Origin: Lama guanicoe
Lineage: Eukaryota
Reading direction: 5' to 3'
Length of the DNA stretch: 62,000 nucleotides
NCBI GenBank assembly: GCA_013239625.1
Contig: MU053652.1
Location: forward strand, 4,391,902-4,453,901
Under the pieces are notes generated by a model. That model was given only the letters and a program-made list of their open reading frames with translations, was not told the origin of the DNA and did no database searches. The translations under genes and the position numbers were made by a program. Of the stretch, positions 1-12,435 are shown one piece after another (the stretch's first letter is position 1; each line of letters begins with the position of its first letter).

Positions 1-2719
1 TGCCCAGAACACCACAGCTGGGGCTTCCTTCCCCTTTCTTACTAAGCACTGCCTCTTCAGAGTATTCTGAGGTGCAAGCTGGAAGTCCCCCACTTGGTCG
101 GCACTGTCACACAGACACCTCTAGACCTCATGTCCAACCCCTTCTCACCAATCTGCAGCTCTTTCTAGCTCTTCAAATAGCCTAAGGCCCAGGAAGCTGT
201 GTAGCTGCCCTCGTCCATCCCAGGCCCTGGCTCTCTGCTCCCTTGGCCCTGTTGAGAACAAATGCTACTTCCCTTTTCCTTCATGGTCAGCTCCTCTCCT
301 CTCCCTGATCCTCTGCCATCTGGCTTCTACCCTTTTCCCATGGATTCCGCTCTGCACCTTTGACCTAGAGCTCCAGAAGGCCCTGAAACCCTCAGGAATG
401 CCTCAGAAACGCCAGTCTCTGAGTCCCTTTCACACTTAAACTCTCAGATCCAGGAGTTTCACTGTTGCCCTGGTTTCTCACCGTCCCTTGTAAATAAATG
501 CCCTGGATTCAGTTCAGTGTCTTAGCATCCTCCCCTACCCCGCGCTGCCTCGCCCCTGCCCTGCCTCTCAGTGCGATCATCATTGCTTCTTCTGCAGATT
601 CTTCCTCACTCATATCTTCAACCTAGACACCAGGATGCCTCACCCAGCCCCTCATCTCCCCACCCCTACCCACCAGCTGCGCTGGGTCTGATTCAGGCAC
701 TCCTGAAATCTGCTTAGCTCAGTGTTTCACTCAAACCACTTCCCTCTCTGCTAGGAAGGGACTGGGGCCTCCATTCTTCCTGCCTCTCTGGAGGACTCTT
801 GATAGAGCATATAGCACCTGGATAAGGAGGAAAAGAAAGAGGAGGAAGTCCCACCTGGAAACTGCAGCCTTCTGGGGTTCCTGCAATGGGAATGGCTGGG
901 CCCCTGCTTTGTGGGAACAGAAGTCACCCTGGTCCCACAGGAACCAGCCATGGATCTCAGTGTCCTTTCTTGTCCCAAATAGACCTTGGCTGAAGCCCAG
1001 AGTCCATAGGTGTCCCCACCAGGGAGAGGGGTCCTATCCAGATGCACAAGGACCACCCATCATTGATGTGGGATGCAGGGGGCCCTGCAGCTTACCAGCC
1101 AGATCCATCTCAAGCCCCCACAGCTCAGGATCCTCCCTGGGGCAGAACTGCTGACCCTCTGAGGTGGGAGATGAGAGGGGACTCAGGATGGCAGGATCAG
1201 CCCAAGGGCACGGGGACTCTCCTCAGCTCACATCTGGACCTCAGGGTGGTGGGAAGATGACAGAACCACCCTGGATAGGAGGGCACTCTGGGGACGGCTC
1301 TGGGAGTCCAGAGGAGGCGCTATCTGGCCTGGAGCCTGGAGTGGCTGAGGTGGGAGGTTATGGGAGTGGGGCAGGGGACATGATATTTGTCCCAAGTGGC
1401 CTCTCAACACTTCACCCTGGGAAAGGGATGTCCCAGCTGCCCCTCTCTGGCCTTCTAAGGACTGGGCTGGATGGGGGTTGTGGCCTGAGCATTTCATGTG
1501 TGTGGTGGAGGCAGGGGAAGGAGCTCTTGGGGGCCAGTCACCAAACAGCTGCGGGGTCAGATGTTTGGCTCCTGCCAGCCGGGTACCCCTGGGCCAGTGC
1601 TGCGACCCTGTAGGGGTTAGGCCTGGGGGCCGGAGGTGGGGGATCGCCCAGGTTACCTAATTCTTCTGTAGACTGATGTTGTGGGTAGAAAAGCAAGAAA
1701 GCAGAAAGCCCTGAGGACTGACGGTCCCTGGGGACTCCTAGGGCAGGACCCACTCTGCTCTCTTGGGCCCTCTCACCAAGAGGGATGTCTGTTCTCTCTG
1801 GAGGGGAGTCTAGGGGGAGTCCTTACTCCTGGAATCTCAGTGTTTCACAGCTTTCCAAGCGAGGAGCCAGCTGGAGCTCTGACGCCTACCCAGTTCCCCG
1901 TGCCCGGCAGACTGGGGCTACAAGGGTGCTGATGGGCATGTGGGATCCAGGAGTCCCTGTGGATCTGTGCCAGTCTGAGGACCATGTCTCCCTGTTTCTC
2001 TCAGCCTCTCCTCCTCCCTCTTTCCTGCAGCCATCCTTCCAAACCCACAGCGAGGCCGACATGGCCTGACTGCTTTTCCAGGGGCCATCACCAGGAGTGA
2101 AGTTTGGGACGAGACAGGAAGAAGAAAGAGGCACCCGCTCAAGTAAGAAAGAACTTACAGGGGCTTCCTCATCGCGCCCCCAACTTTGCAGTTGCAGGTC
2201 ACAGGAGTGCCTGAAAAGACTGGGCAAGAGGGCAGTGAGCCCGGGGATCCTGGGTCCACCTGAAACTTGGCCATCTAGAGAGCAAGTGTGCTTAATCCTG
2301 GCATCCTCACCGCAGTTCGTGGCCACGGGGTCAGGGAGAGAGTAAGTGGTGGGCCTTTTGCTGGGAGACAGCCCATCCCAAGCTATGGCGAAGAGCCAGG
2401 AGTAGCACCACCGGTCTGCAGCTCAAGGCCGAGGGGCCGTTTTGATTAAGGCCCTGTTGGCAATGGACGTGATATTCTGGAGAGCGCAGGCCTCATGCTG
2501 GGCTGGCTGGAGGAGCAAATACAACCAGGTAATACTAATGAGTCCCTAATACATGAGGGACACCACTAAGCACTTTTCATACATTATTGCATTTAACTGT
2601 CACAGCCAGCCACTGTGAGGTGGCCATGGTCAGTACGTATCCCCGTAGACAAAGAAGCCAGCTGAGTTACTTGCTAACCTTGTGAACTTGAACAAGTTAC
2701 TCAGCTTATTTCTTTGTGT

Positions 2720-3002
2720 TCTTAGCATGACCTCTGGTGCTCCTTAGCTTGAAGAAGCAACACCCTGATCTCTGCCTTCACTTTACATGTAGCTCTCCTT
2801 GTGCGCAGGTCTCTGGATCCAACTCCACCCCACTTTTTTTATAGGGACATCAGTCATATTGGATTAGGGCCCACCTTAATGACCTCATCTTAATTAATCA
2901 CATCTGCAATGACCCTGTTTCTAAATAAAGCCATGTTCTGAGGTACTGGGGATTAGCACTTGAGCACATGAATTTGAGGGGAACACAATTCAACCCATAA
3001 TA
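2720..3002 (-). mobile_element. ERVL-MaLR (MLT1-type) LTR fragment
   Basis: Typical MLT1 text: cagtcatattggattagggcccacc...gacctcatcttaatt...acaattcaacccataa. Confidence 0.75.
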
Positions 3003-3039
3003 GTTTTAACATTTAACCTACTCTCCACCAAACATCGGG

Positions 3040-3380
3040 GTTGCATTTGATCCTCACAACTCTACAAGGCAGGGATATGTATTATCTTCTTTTATAAATG
3101 AAGACCCAGGTCAGCCGCTTTGGGGAATGAAGTAGGGCAGAAAAAAGCAGAGGATGGTGGGGGTAGGGAGGCAGGAGGAGAGAAACCAGAGCCACTGGGA
3201 AGGGAGGACTCCCATGGGGGAACTGGAGGCACACCCTGTGCCCTGTACCCTCAGGCTTCTACCCAGGGACAGCCAAAGTTCCCAGCTCCTTTTCCAGGCT
3301 GGGAAATTCAGAAAGGTTATGCACTTTACCCAAAGGCATACAGCAACTAGTAAAATGAGGCACTGGGATCTGAACTGGAC
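3040..3380 (+). mobile_element. MIR SINE interrupted by a 200-bp insertion
   Basis: MIR-like core attatcttcttttataaatgaaga resumes as attcagaaaggtta...cccaaagg... after the insert. Confidence 0.55.
3105..3304 (+). repeat. Dispersed direct repeat, copy 1 (copy 2 at 5061-5260)
   Basis: 200 bp, about 15 mismatches and no indels by hand alignment. Confidence 0.92.
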
Positions 3381-4044
3381 CATGAGTGATATTTGATCAC
3401 TTCAGAGTCAGACAGGCCTAGGTTCAGGTCCCAGCTGCATGGCCTTGGGCAAGGCATTCAGCCTTCTGAATCTCAGGGTCCTTGTTTGTAAAATGTGTTA
3501 ATGTCCTACTGTTAACAATGGCGAATCTTCAGCAGTGGGGGTGAGGTCTAGCCCAGTGCCTGGCACACAATAGATGTGATGATAATTTAAACATAGCAGT
3601 AGCCACTCCCCAGAGCACATCCTGTGTTTTGGTGCTTCTGGGTGGCTGCCTCGCTATGGCCAGCTGTCTTTGCTGAGTCCCTGGAGCAGGCAGAGCCAGG
3701 GGGTATGAAAATCTCATACTCTACCCGCCCAGAGATCCCTGGGGCTATCCTCCCACCTCAAACTTCCCACCTGACATGCCTCTGCTCTTTCCTTCCACTG
3801 AGGAGAGGGAGTTGGCTGCTAGGGGCCTCCTTCCTCATGCTCAGGCCCCGGGGTGTTGCCTCTATAGAAAATGTGGCCAGTGTATGTACCAGGGAATGAT
3901 CATGGCCCCTGAGAGAGGCCACCCGCACCCCAGCTGCCTCACCCTCAGGAACAGGCCCAGGAGAAAGCATAGGGTCTGAGAACCCAGCTGGGGGGATGGA
4001 TAGTGGGGGAATGTGGGGTGGGGATGACCACAAAGGGGCAGCCC

Positions 4045-4180
4045 AAAGTGATGGGAAGTGTTCTCTATCTTGATTTGATTGTAGTGATAATTACACCACT
4101 CTCTGCATTTGCCAAAACTCAGAACTGTACACTAAAAAGAGTGAATTTTATTGTATGTTAATTAAAAATAAAGAAAAATT
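4045..4180 (+). mobile_element. Old L1 (L1M) 3' end fragment
   Basis: gttctctatcttgat...aaaactcagaactgtacactaaaaagagtgaattttattgtatg with an A-rich end. Confidence 0.65.
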
Positions 4181-4325
4181 TAAAGAACAATTTGGAAGAT
4201 CCAAATTCTAAATGTCAAGAAGTTTTAAGAATAGCTTAACAAATTTATTTAGTTTGTAGTTTCCTTTTCATGCAAGCAGAAGACCAATATATGATAAATA
4301 CGTCTTAAAGAACTCCTTAAGTCTT

Positions 4326-4470
4326 TTTTTTTCTGGTCTTTAAAAAATATATACTTATTTTTATTTTATTATTATTATTTTCCCCTTAATGAAGGTACTG
4401 AGGATTGAACCCAGGACCTTGTGCATGCCAAGCACACATTCTACCACTGAGCTATACCCCTGACCCTAAG
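4326..4470 (-). mobile_element. tRNA-derived SINE (camelid-like family)
   Basis: Reverse complement ggggtatagctcagtggtag...cctgggttcaatcctcagtacc (A and B boxes), A-rich tail, candidate TSD taagtctt (4318-4325 / 4471-4478). Confidence 0.8.
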
Positions 4471-5060
4471 TAAGTCTTAAATAAAAATTCTAAATAATTT
4501 TAAAAAGAAAAGAAAAAAACAGGCTCTTCACAGAGAGGTAGGGGCAGCACCTTGCCCTTATCCTCTGTGTGTATTTCTCACTCCCTCCCGCCTGGCTCTG
4601 CTGGGCCCTTGCCCCAGCTGTCTGGCTGGGCCCTCTCCTGACTTCCTCCCAGCTCTCAGGAAGCTGAGTATTGTCTCTGGGGTCTGATGACTTCTATCAG
4701 GCTCCTTGACTGCCCCAGGGACCCAGGAAAAGGGGCCACCTTCAGTCTGGGTGGCTCCTGGTGAGAGGAGTATGAGGCAAGGTCATGGCAGGATACAGGT
4801 GGCATTAAATGGAGGCAAGTTTAGAACATTTGCAGAGGCCTAAACAGGGTTACGAAAGCCACTGTGGAACTTCAGGGCACCCAAAGCCTAGCATCAGCAG
4901 GGAACTACCACCCAGGGAGGGACTGCCCTCCAGAACCTGCGGCCGTGCAAGGTCGGAGGCCCGTGTGTTCCACCTTCCTGCCCTCCTATTTCTGGCCAGT
5001 GCCTCCCCTTAGCCAAATCCTCCCAGGATCCAGAGGCCAAGGGAGCCCATGTCATGCAGG

Positions 5061-5260
5061 CCCAGGTCAGCCACTTTGGGGCATGAAGCAGGGCGGAAAA
5101 AAGCAGAGAATGGCAGGGCTAGGGGGGCAAGAGGAGAGAAACCAGAGCCACCGAGAAGGGAGGACTCCCATGGGGGAACTGGAGGCACACCCTGTGCCCT
5201 GTACCCTCAGGCTTCTACCCAGGGTCAGCCAAAGGTCCCAGCTGCTTTTCCAGGCTGGGA
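5061..5260 (+). repeat. Dispersed direct repeat, copy 2
   Basis: Matches 3105-3304. Confidence 0.92.
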
Positions 5261-6269
5261 GTTCCTGAATGAATGAATGAATGAATGATAAATTTAAAAA
5301 TGAATGAGTGACAGAATGAATGGGATTGGGCCAGTTCCTATTGGCACTAAGGGCAAGGTGGATTATTTTTCCCAGGATTCCCACCCTTCCAGACCTTTAA
5401 GGGCTATTGCCTAAGTACCCACTTTGGGGTTCTACACAGGACCCTGAGCGAGAGAAGCAGAGACCATAGGCCAGGTGGGATAGGGGCAGGGTGGATCATC
5501 AGATACTAGGGAAACTGCAGGTCCTGCAGGATGAAAGGCCTTGCTCCTCCTCTTTCTCCGTGGAAAACTACTCAGGGGCTGCCTCCCCTTCCCAGCCCCC
5601 ACCCTGCTCCCCAGGCCCCACTTTCTCCATTTGGGCCACTCAGGGACATAGGCTGGGTTCACAGGGCTCAGTTAGGCGCTGGTGCTGCAGGAGAGGCGAA
5701 GCACAGGAGGGTGGAGACCGAGGGACCTGTCACCCTGATAGGTGGTGTGCATCTTCAGAGCAGCTGCCATGCTCCCCAGAGCGGGCCTCCTGGTAGGAGA
5801 AACTGATCCTGGCCTTGGACCTGGTCATGCTCTCAGAGTGCCCTGGGAATGGGCTGGTGGCAGCTGATGGGGAAAAGGAGGGTGGCCGCCATTCCCAGTG
5901 AGCCCTGCCCCCACAGCCTGTTGGTCCCTGGGGGCCCAAGGGGAATTCTGGACCAGCTCAGGGGTCTACACTGAGAGGTACTGGAGGTGCGGGATGGAGC
6001 AGGCGGCGTAGTTACCAGGGGAGTCTGATCACAGAGCTGCCAATAACCTGCTCCCTGGACCTTGGAACATGTGTTTTCCTGGATGTGGACATATGTCCTG
6101 ACTCATAAGATCTGTGCAGCCCCACAAAACTCCATCAAAGCTGCAGCCTCTGTGTCGCTCACTGGGGCCACCCTGTGGCCGTCTCAGTGCCTCACATCCC
6201 TTCTGTGGCCTGGTCATACAAGGCCATCCTTCCGGCAACTTTCCTGGGGACAGGAGGACAGTACAGTAA

Positions 6270-7975
6270 ACTGTCCACAGGGAAGCCCTAGCGTAACTAC
6301 TAAGAAAATAACAACAAAAAAAATGTTAAAAAAATCATTGCAGGAAAATTAAAAAGTTATACTAGAAAATATTCACTTAATGCAAAAGAAAGCAGGCTAG
6401 GAGAAATAGAGGAATAAAAACAAAATGATATATTTAGAAAACAAGTAAAATGGCAAATGCAAATACAACTGTATTAGTAACGTGAATGACTGAAACAGCG
6501 CAATCAAAAGGCAGAGATCATCAGACTAGATTTAAAGCCAAGATTCAAAAAGAATACAGTCTATAAAAGACATACTTTTTAGAGTCAAAGATGCACATAG
6601 ATTTCAAGTAAGAAGATGGAAAAAAATTCTATCATGCAAACGGTAACTGTAAGAAAACTGGAGGGGCTATACTACCATCAGCAAAATAGAGTTTAAAACA
6701 AAAAGAGTTACTCAGTGTAAAGAAGGTCAGTCTTTGGTGATAAAAGTGTCATCAAAAAGTGACATAAACAGATGTGCACCTAATGACAGAACCATACCTC
6801 ACTCCATATACATAAATTAACTCAAAATGAATCCAAGACCTATATAAAGAGCTAGTAATATCAAACTCGTAAGAAAACACAGGGATAAATTTTCCTAACC
6901 ATAGACTAGGCAATGATTCCTTAAATACAACACAAAGACAAAAGCAACAAAAGAAAAAACAGATAAATCAGATTTCATCAAAGTTAAAATTTTTTGTGCT
7001 GCAAAAAATTACATAAAAAATGAAAAGATGACTAACAGTATGGGAGAAATTATTGGCTTGCCATATACCTGATAAATGGCTTGTATCTAGAATATATAAA
7101 GAACTCTTACAACTGAATAATAAAAAGACATAGAACTCAATTTTTTAAATGGGCAAAGGATTTGAATAGCCATTTCTCCAGAAAAGACACATAAATGACT
7201 AATAACCTCGTATAAAGTTGTTTAACATCATGAGTCATTAGGGAAATGCAAACCAAAATCACAGTGAGATACCACTTCACACCCACTATGATGGTTATAA
7301 TAAAAAAGTTAGACAATAGTAAGTGTTGTCAAGGAGTTAGAGAAATTGGAACCCTCATATATTGCTGGTGGGAATGTGAAATGGTACAGCCCCTTTGGAA
7401 AACAATTCTACAGTTCTTCAAAGGATTATTTAAAGATAGTTACCATATGATGCAGAAATTCTACTCCCAGTTATACACCCATGAGAAATTAAAGCATGTG
7501 CCCTCACAAAATCTTGCACGTGAATGTTCATAGCAGCTTTATTCATAATAGCCAAAAAGTGGAAACGACCCTAGTGTCTATCAACTGATGAATGGATAAG
7601 CAAAGTAGGACACATATGTACAATGGACTACTACTTGGCAATAAAAAGGAGTGTAGTATGGATACGTGGCACGACATGGATAAACCTTGAACACATTATG
7701 CTAAGTGAAAGGCCAGGCACAAAGAACTACTTTTCTGAAATGTCCGGAATAGGCAAATCCATAGAGAAAATGTGGTGCCTGGAAGCATTCTGTAGAAGAG
7801 TGGTTGCTTAGGGCCAGGGGATGGATGGTGGTGAGAAATAGAGAGTGAATGCTGAAGAGTATGGGGTTGATTGCAGTGGTGGTCATACAACTCTGTGAAT
7901 ACACCGAACTATTGAATTGTACATTTTAAACAGGTGGATTTATGGTATATGAATTATATCTCAATAAAGCTCTTA
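6270..7975 (+). mobile_element. Degenerate LINE-1 (L1M): ORF2 5' piece joined to ORF2 3' end and 3' UTR
   Basis: A-rich; decayed ORF2 C-terminus MQTKITVRYHFTPT...CWWECEMVQPLWK; L1 3' UTR ending tatctcaataaagc. Confidence 0.9.
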
Positions 7976-8809
7976 CAGAAACAAGCAGGAATTTGAGGTC
8001 ACTAATAGGGGCCAGGACATCTGGTGCCTTGAGATGGACCCAGCTGTGGTTTTGACGCACTGGCCTCTACCCCTTTGCCATCTGACCCCTTCTCTTCTTA
8101 CTACCTGGAAGGAGCAGCTCTGATTCCTCCTCAGCCCCTGTCTAAGATCTTATTTGTCTCAAGACTATGGGGTGGAGCTATGGTACTGGGTGAGATCAGG
8201 CCCTTGACCAGAGTCCCCATGGTAAGTCTTGGCCCAAACTCCTGCAAGATTGTGTCTTCCAGCCAGACTTCATAGGAAGGTGAGCATGGGCTGACTGCAA
8301 AGGGAGTCAAGAGAATGGCCAAGGGGCGCCGGGCTAACCTGAAGCGGGGGCCCTGGGCAAGTGCAGGCAATGCCCCTACTCACCAGCCTCTGTCAGCTCC
8401 TCATAACAAACAGAGTTGGGCCATGCTTTGCCTTTCTTTAGTCTGAATATTGGGGCCCTAGATCAGGAACGCAGGGGCAGGGGCCAAAGGAGCCTCTGAG
8501 ACTCAGTACCCCCACCCCAGAACCCAGTCCTCAAATTTTGCAACGGGGTTGAGATGGGAGGAGAGACCCTTAAATGTACCCATGTACTGGTACCTGCCAA
8601 GCAACCCCATGGCCATACTGTGGGATTAAAGCAGAGGAGGGGCAGAGCTGGCCAAACTGACCTACCCATGGGGTGCTGGCAGCCCCATGAGCAAGGGAGA
8701 GTACGCCTGGGTCTTATAATTGAGTGAAGACCCAGCACTGTCTGGGGAGGGCCATGGAGAAGTGGACGTTCCCAGTGCACAGAAAAGTCACGGGCAGTGG
8801 GAGAGGAGC

Positions 8810-9015
8810 AGGTTTAGGAGTCAGAGCTGGGGTGCAGTGCCAGTTCCTCGGCTCCCCAGCTGAGTGACGTTGGTTGAGCTGCCTAAACTCTCCAACCCCA
8901 GTTTCCTTACTCATCAAATGGGGACCATCACAGCACCCACCTCTGAGAGCTGCTGTCAGCATGAACTCTGAGAATCCTTAGCCCCTGCCTGGCTCCCAGT
9001 ACAGTAGTTATTATC
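8810..9015 (-). mobile_element. MIR SINE
   Basis: MIR-like ggagtcagagctggg...ccagtttccttactcatcaaatgggg. Confidence 0.55.
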
Positions 9016-9214
9016 ATCGCCACTCGGGGGCGGGGACCTAGAGCTAGGGCTGCCACTTGGGGCTGTGCACTGCACAACTCTAGGAGGGGCTCATTCACAT
9101 TGAAGCCATTATGGATCTATTACAAAACTTTTCCAGCCAATGGAAGGAAGCACGCTGTCTTGAGAAGCTGTGCTTATCGCTAATTTGCACAAAGTTGCCT
9201 TACGGTCTGAATAC

Positions 9215-9392
9215 TTGCTGTTCAGTACCATAGCCACTAGCTACATATGGCTATTTCTATTAAAATTAATTAGAATTAAATAAAATTTAAAATTGAGATC
9301 CTCAATTGCACTAGCTGTATTACAGGAGCTCAGTTGCCTCATGGGGCCATCAAATTGGACATTTGCAGGAAATTCTACTGGACTATGCTGGT
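9215..9392. mobile_element. hAT-Charlie MITE (MER3-like)
   Basis: tagccactagctacatatggctattt...aaataaaatttaaaatt...gcactagc pattern. Confidence 0.6.
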
Positions 9393-12058
9393 CTAGATGG
9401 TCTCACACTGCCCAGAACCACAGAGGCTTTATAGAATCTTGACAGCAGGGCCATGAGGGATAGAAGAGAAAAGGGTGGGAAGAAGAGGGAACCACAGGCA
9501 GGAAGCCACACTTATCTCTTCTCTTTGCCTCACCCTGTTAGCTTCTTCAAACCCTAATGGGATCCTTCGGAGTCAGTCACTGAGAAGAAGAAAGAAAGAG
9601 ACTGCAGAAACCCCAGGTGGGAATGGGTGCAAGGCTGATTAGCAAGCTCCCTTCTAGGCTGGAGAACGTTGAGACTTGGAAGTCCCTGTGTGGCGCTTGG
9701 AAACATTCTGCCAACCCTCCTCCTCTCTAGGTCCTGGCTCTGTTTCGAGGGTCAGATGTGCAATCTGATTTTATTGGCCTCTCTTCGCACATACACTTTC
9801 AAGATTCCAGCAGGTTCCATTTAACAAGGAGGTACTGAGTTCCAACTGGAGTATTAACCTGTGAGCAGTGATGGTCAAGTGTGTGGACTGGCATCGGTAC
9901 TTGAGTAGGCATGCGGCAGCTTGGCACAGTCCCTGGAAAACAGTGAGGGCGACCCCTGGCATTTTAAGGACAGGCACGGGCAAAGCAGGCCCTTCCCGGA
10001 AGGGGGCTGGCGGCTTAGCTACTCTGAACTGGGGGAAGGAATAGCCAGCAGAGGGATACAGCTGTGGAATTAGAATCTCAGATCTGTCATAAATAGCACA
10101 TCCCCCACCGACTGCAGCTGCTCAGCCAGTCAGCCCGGGGAACCTTTGCCTGGAGTGAACATGATGTTGTAAATGGGGAGAGATGGTCCTAGGGGAATTG
10201 GGAAGTTGAGATGGGAGCCACCAAGAGAGGTGACTCAGGGGCAAGTTGGTGACTTGTGGGGGCAGGTGGGGATAGGGGCTGGGATCCTGCACAGCCTGTT
10301 TCCAAATACCACATCCAAATGCAGTCATGTGGTGTGCACACATGGGCATGTTGTTGTATGGGCCAGGTGGAGGGTGTGGAAAAGAAGACTGTGTTACCAT
10401 TGGTCATGTCAGGTGGCAGTGATGGACAAGGAAAGGCGCTGGAGCAGGTATAATGATGGGCTTTGCCTTTAAACCCTTGTGGTAGTTTATTTCATTGGTT
10501 ATAACTGGTGTGATCTCAAAGACATTAAATGAAGTATAAAAATTTAATCATTTACTAATCCCTTCTTCCCCTTCTTCCTCACCACAACCTTTTCCTTCCA
10601 GCCACCAGATCCGGAGAGAAAACCCACCCGCTGCTATTGACAGTACAGCCTGAAGGAGGTAAGGAACCACAGGTAACTTACGCTGGACTCTTCTGTGTGC
10701 CAGGCCCCAGGCCTGGGTCAGGCACCCATCACATGCTCGTTGCCTCACTGGACTCTGCCAGCCTGTGATGGTGGTTATTACTTCCTTCTACAGATGAAAG
10801 ATTTTGGCTTAGAGAGGTAGAATAACTTCGTGGAATATATGGCAAGGTTAGCATATCGGCTAAGGGCCCAGGGGAAAAGAGAATTCCTCTCGAAAGAGTT
10901 TAGCTAAAGAGCACTTAAAAAAGGGACCATTTACAGATCTGCAGGCACAGTTAAGAGAATCAACAGGGATGTTGAAGACCAGAGACTGACAGTTACAGGG
11001 AGCCACTTCTGCCCCCTGCACTGATGGGATAAGGGGAAGGAATAGCGTTACCACAAGAACCTTGGTGAGCAGGAGGAAGCCAGGAAGAAACACCTCATCC
11101 ATTCTCCTCTCCTGCCCTTTAGGCCCTGCCAGTGCCGCTCACTGGCTGACCCAACAGGAAGCCAGAGTAATGCAGTCTGTACGGGGTGGAGAGGGAGAAT
11201 GAATGGAAGAGGGAGAAACAGAGGACAATCAGCAGGACTTGAACTCAGGGCTCACTGATTCTAAGCCCTGGGGCCCTTCTGCTGTCCCGCATAGCAACAC
11301 ATGCTACTGTGCCCACAAGCCCCCCTGGGTCCCACACACCCTTCCATGCACGGGGACATCCTGTCAAGTAAGGACTCAAGCCTGGGCCCAAGTTATTCTT
11401 TCTTTAGCCAAAATATTCCTCTTCTAAAAAAAGTACTGCTATTTGGTTAGGATGGCGGCATCTGGTCCCACTAGCTCAGCAGAAAAATGTGAGCACCTTA
11501 TTTCAAGCCTGACATCTGAGTGCATGTGTGGTCTCCTGCTTACGCCCCTCCCTCTGCCAGGGCCATGTCCCCTTCCCTTCGCCTGGCGTGGGACATTCCA
11601 GCCATCACTATTCCTGATCCGTTCATCCCTAGGTTCCTGTATCTCGCTCGATGCCAGGCACCAAAGAGGTACACAATGGTCACTCACGGCAGAAACGCAA
11701 ATGCCTCTCCAAATAACACCCTTTCCTTAGGGCCCTTGATTTTTATTTCACAGAGTGAATTTTCCAGAAGCTTCTCTACTTTCTGTTACAGATAAAGAAT
11801 GCTAATATTGGCTTTCAGGTGGGGCTTCAGTAGGAGATGATGATGTTGATAAAAATAATTATATATTTTGGGTGCTTAACATGTGCCAGGTACAGCAAAA
11901 AGTTGTATATGCATTGTCTCATTCGTTGGCCACCGCTTATGCACATTCTCTCAGCTGCACCTTATTCCAGTTCTATGAGGGCTGCGAGCAGCTCTGCACA
12001 GGCGCATCCTGGCAGCATCTTGACTCAGGCCCTGGCTGTAACTCTTGCTTTGTAAATC

Positions 12059-12435
12059 TGTCTTGCTTTGGAATTTCCCTGTTGTTTGGTGCTGGACACC
12101 CTGGGGAGCCCACTTGAGCACTCGTTCATGCATAACTGGGAGCAGCTAATGCCCTGCGGGGCCACCCTAGCCCAATGGGGCCCCATGTCAATGGATAAGT
12201 GCTTCCACTTTCTGGCTGAGCCGCTTTCATACGGCTCAGATGGTCCCGTGGGATTGGACACAGCCGTCCATAGTAGTGACCAGCTCCTCCATAAGGCAGC
12301 CTTGCATCGGCTTTCCATCCTTCCCTGTTTTGCACTCCCCACCCCTCATTCTTGCCCCCTGGGGTCATATTCCAAAATAAATTTGCATGTAAGGCTTTGT
12401 CTCAGGCTCTGCTCTCAGGGAACCCAGGCTAAGAG
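12059..12435 (+). mobile_element. ERVL LTR (LTR16-like)
   Basis: 3' end aaataaa...ttgtctcaggctctgctctcagggaacccaggctaaga. Confidence 0.55.

Noticed and set aside
2082..2345. Exon-like segment (ttttccag acceptor, gtaagt donor) with an 82-aa ORF
   Set aside because: No recognisable protein and no partner exons found.
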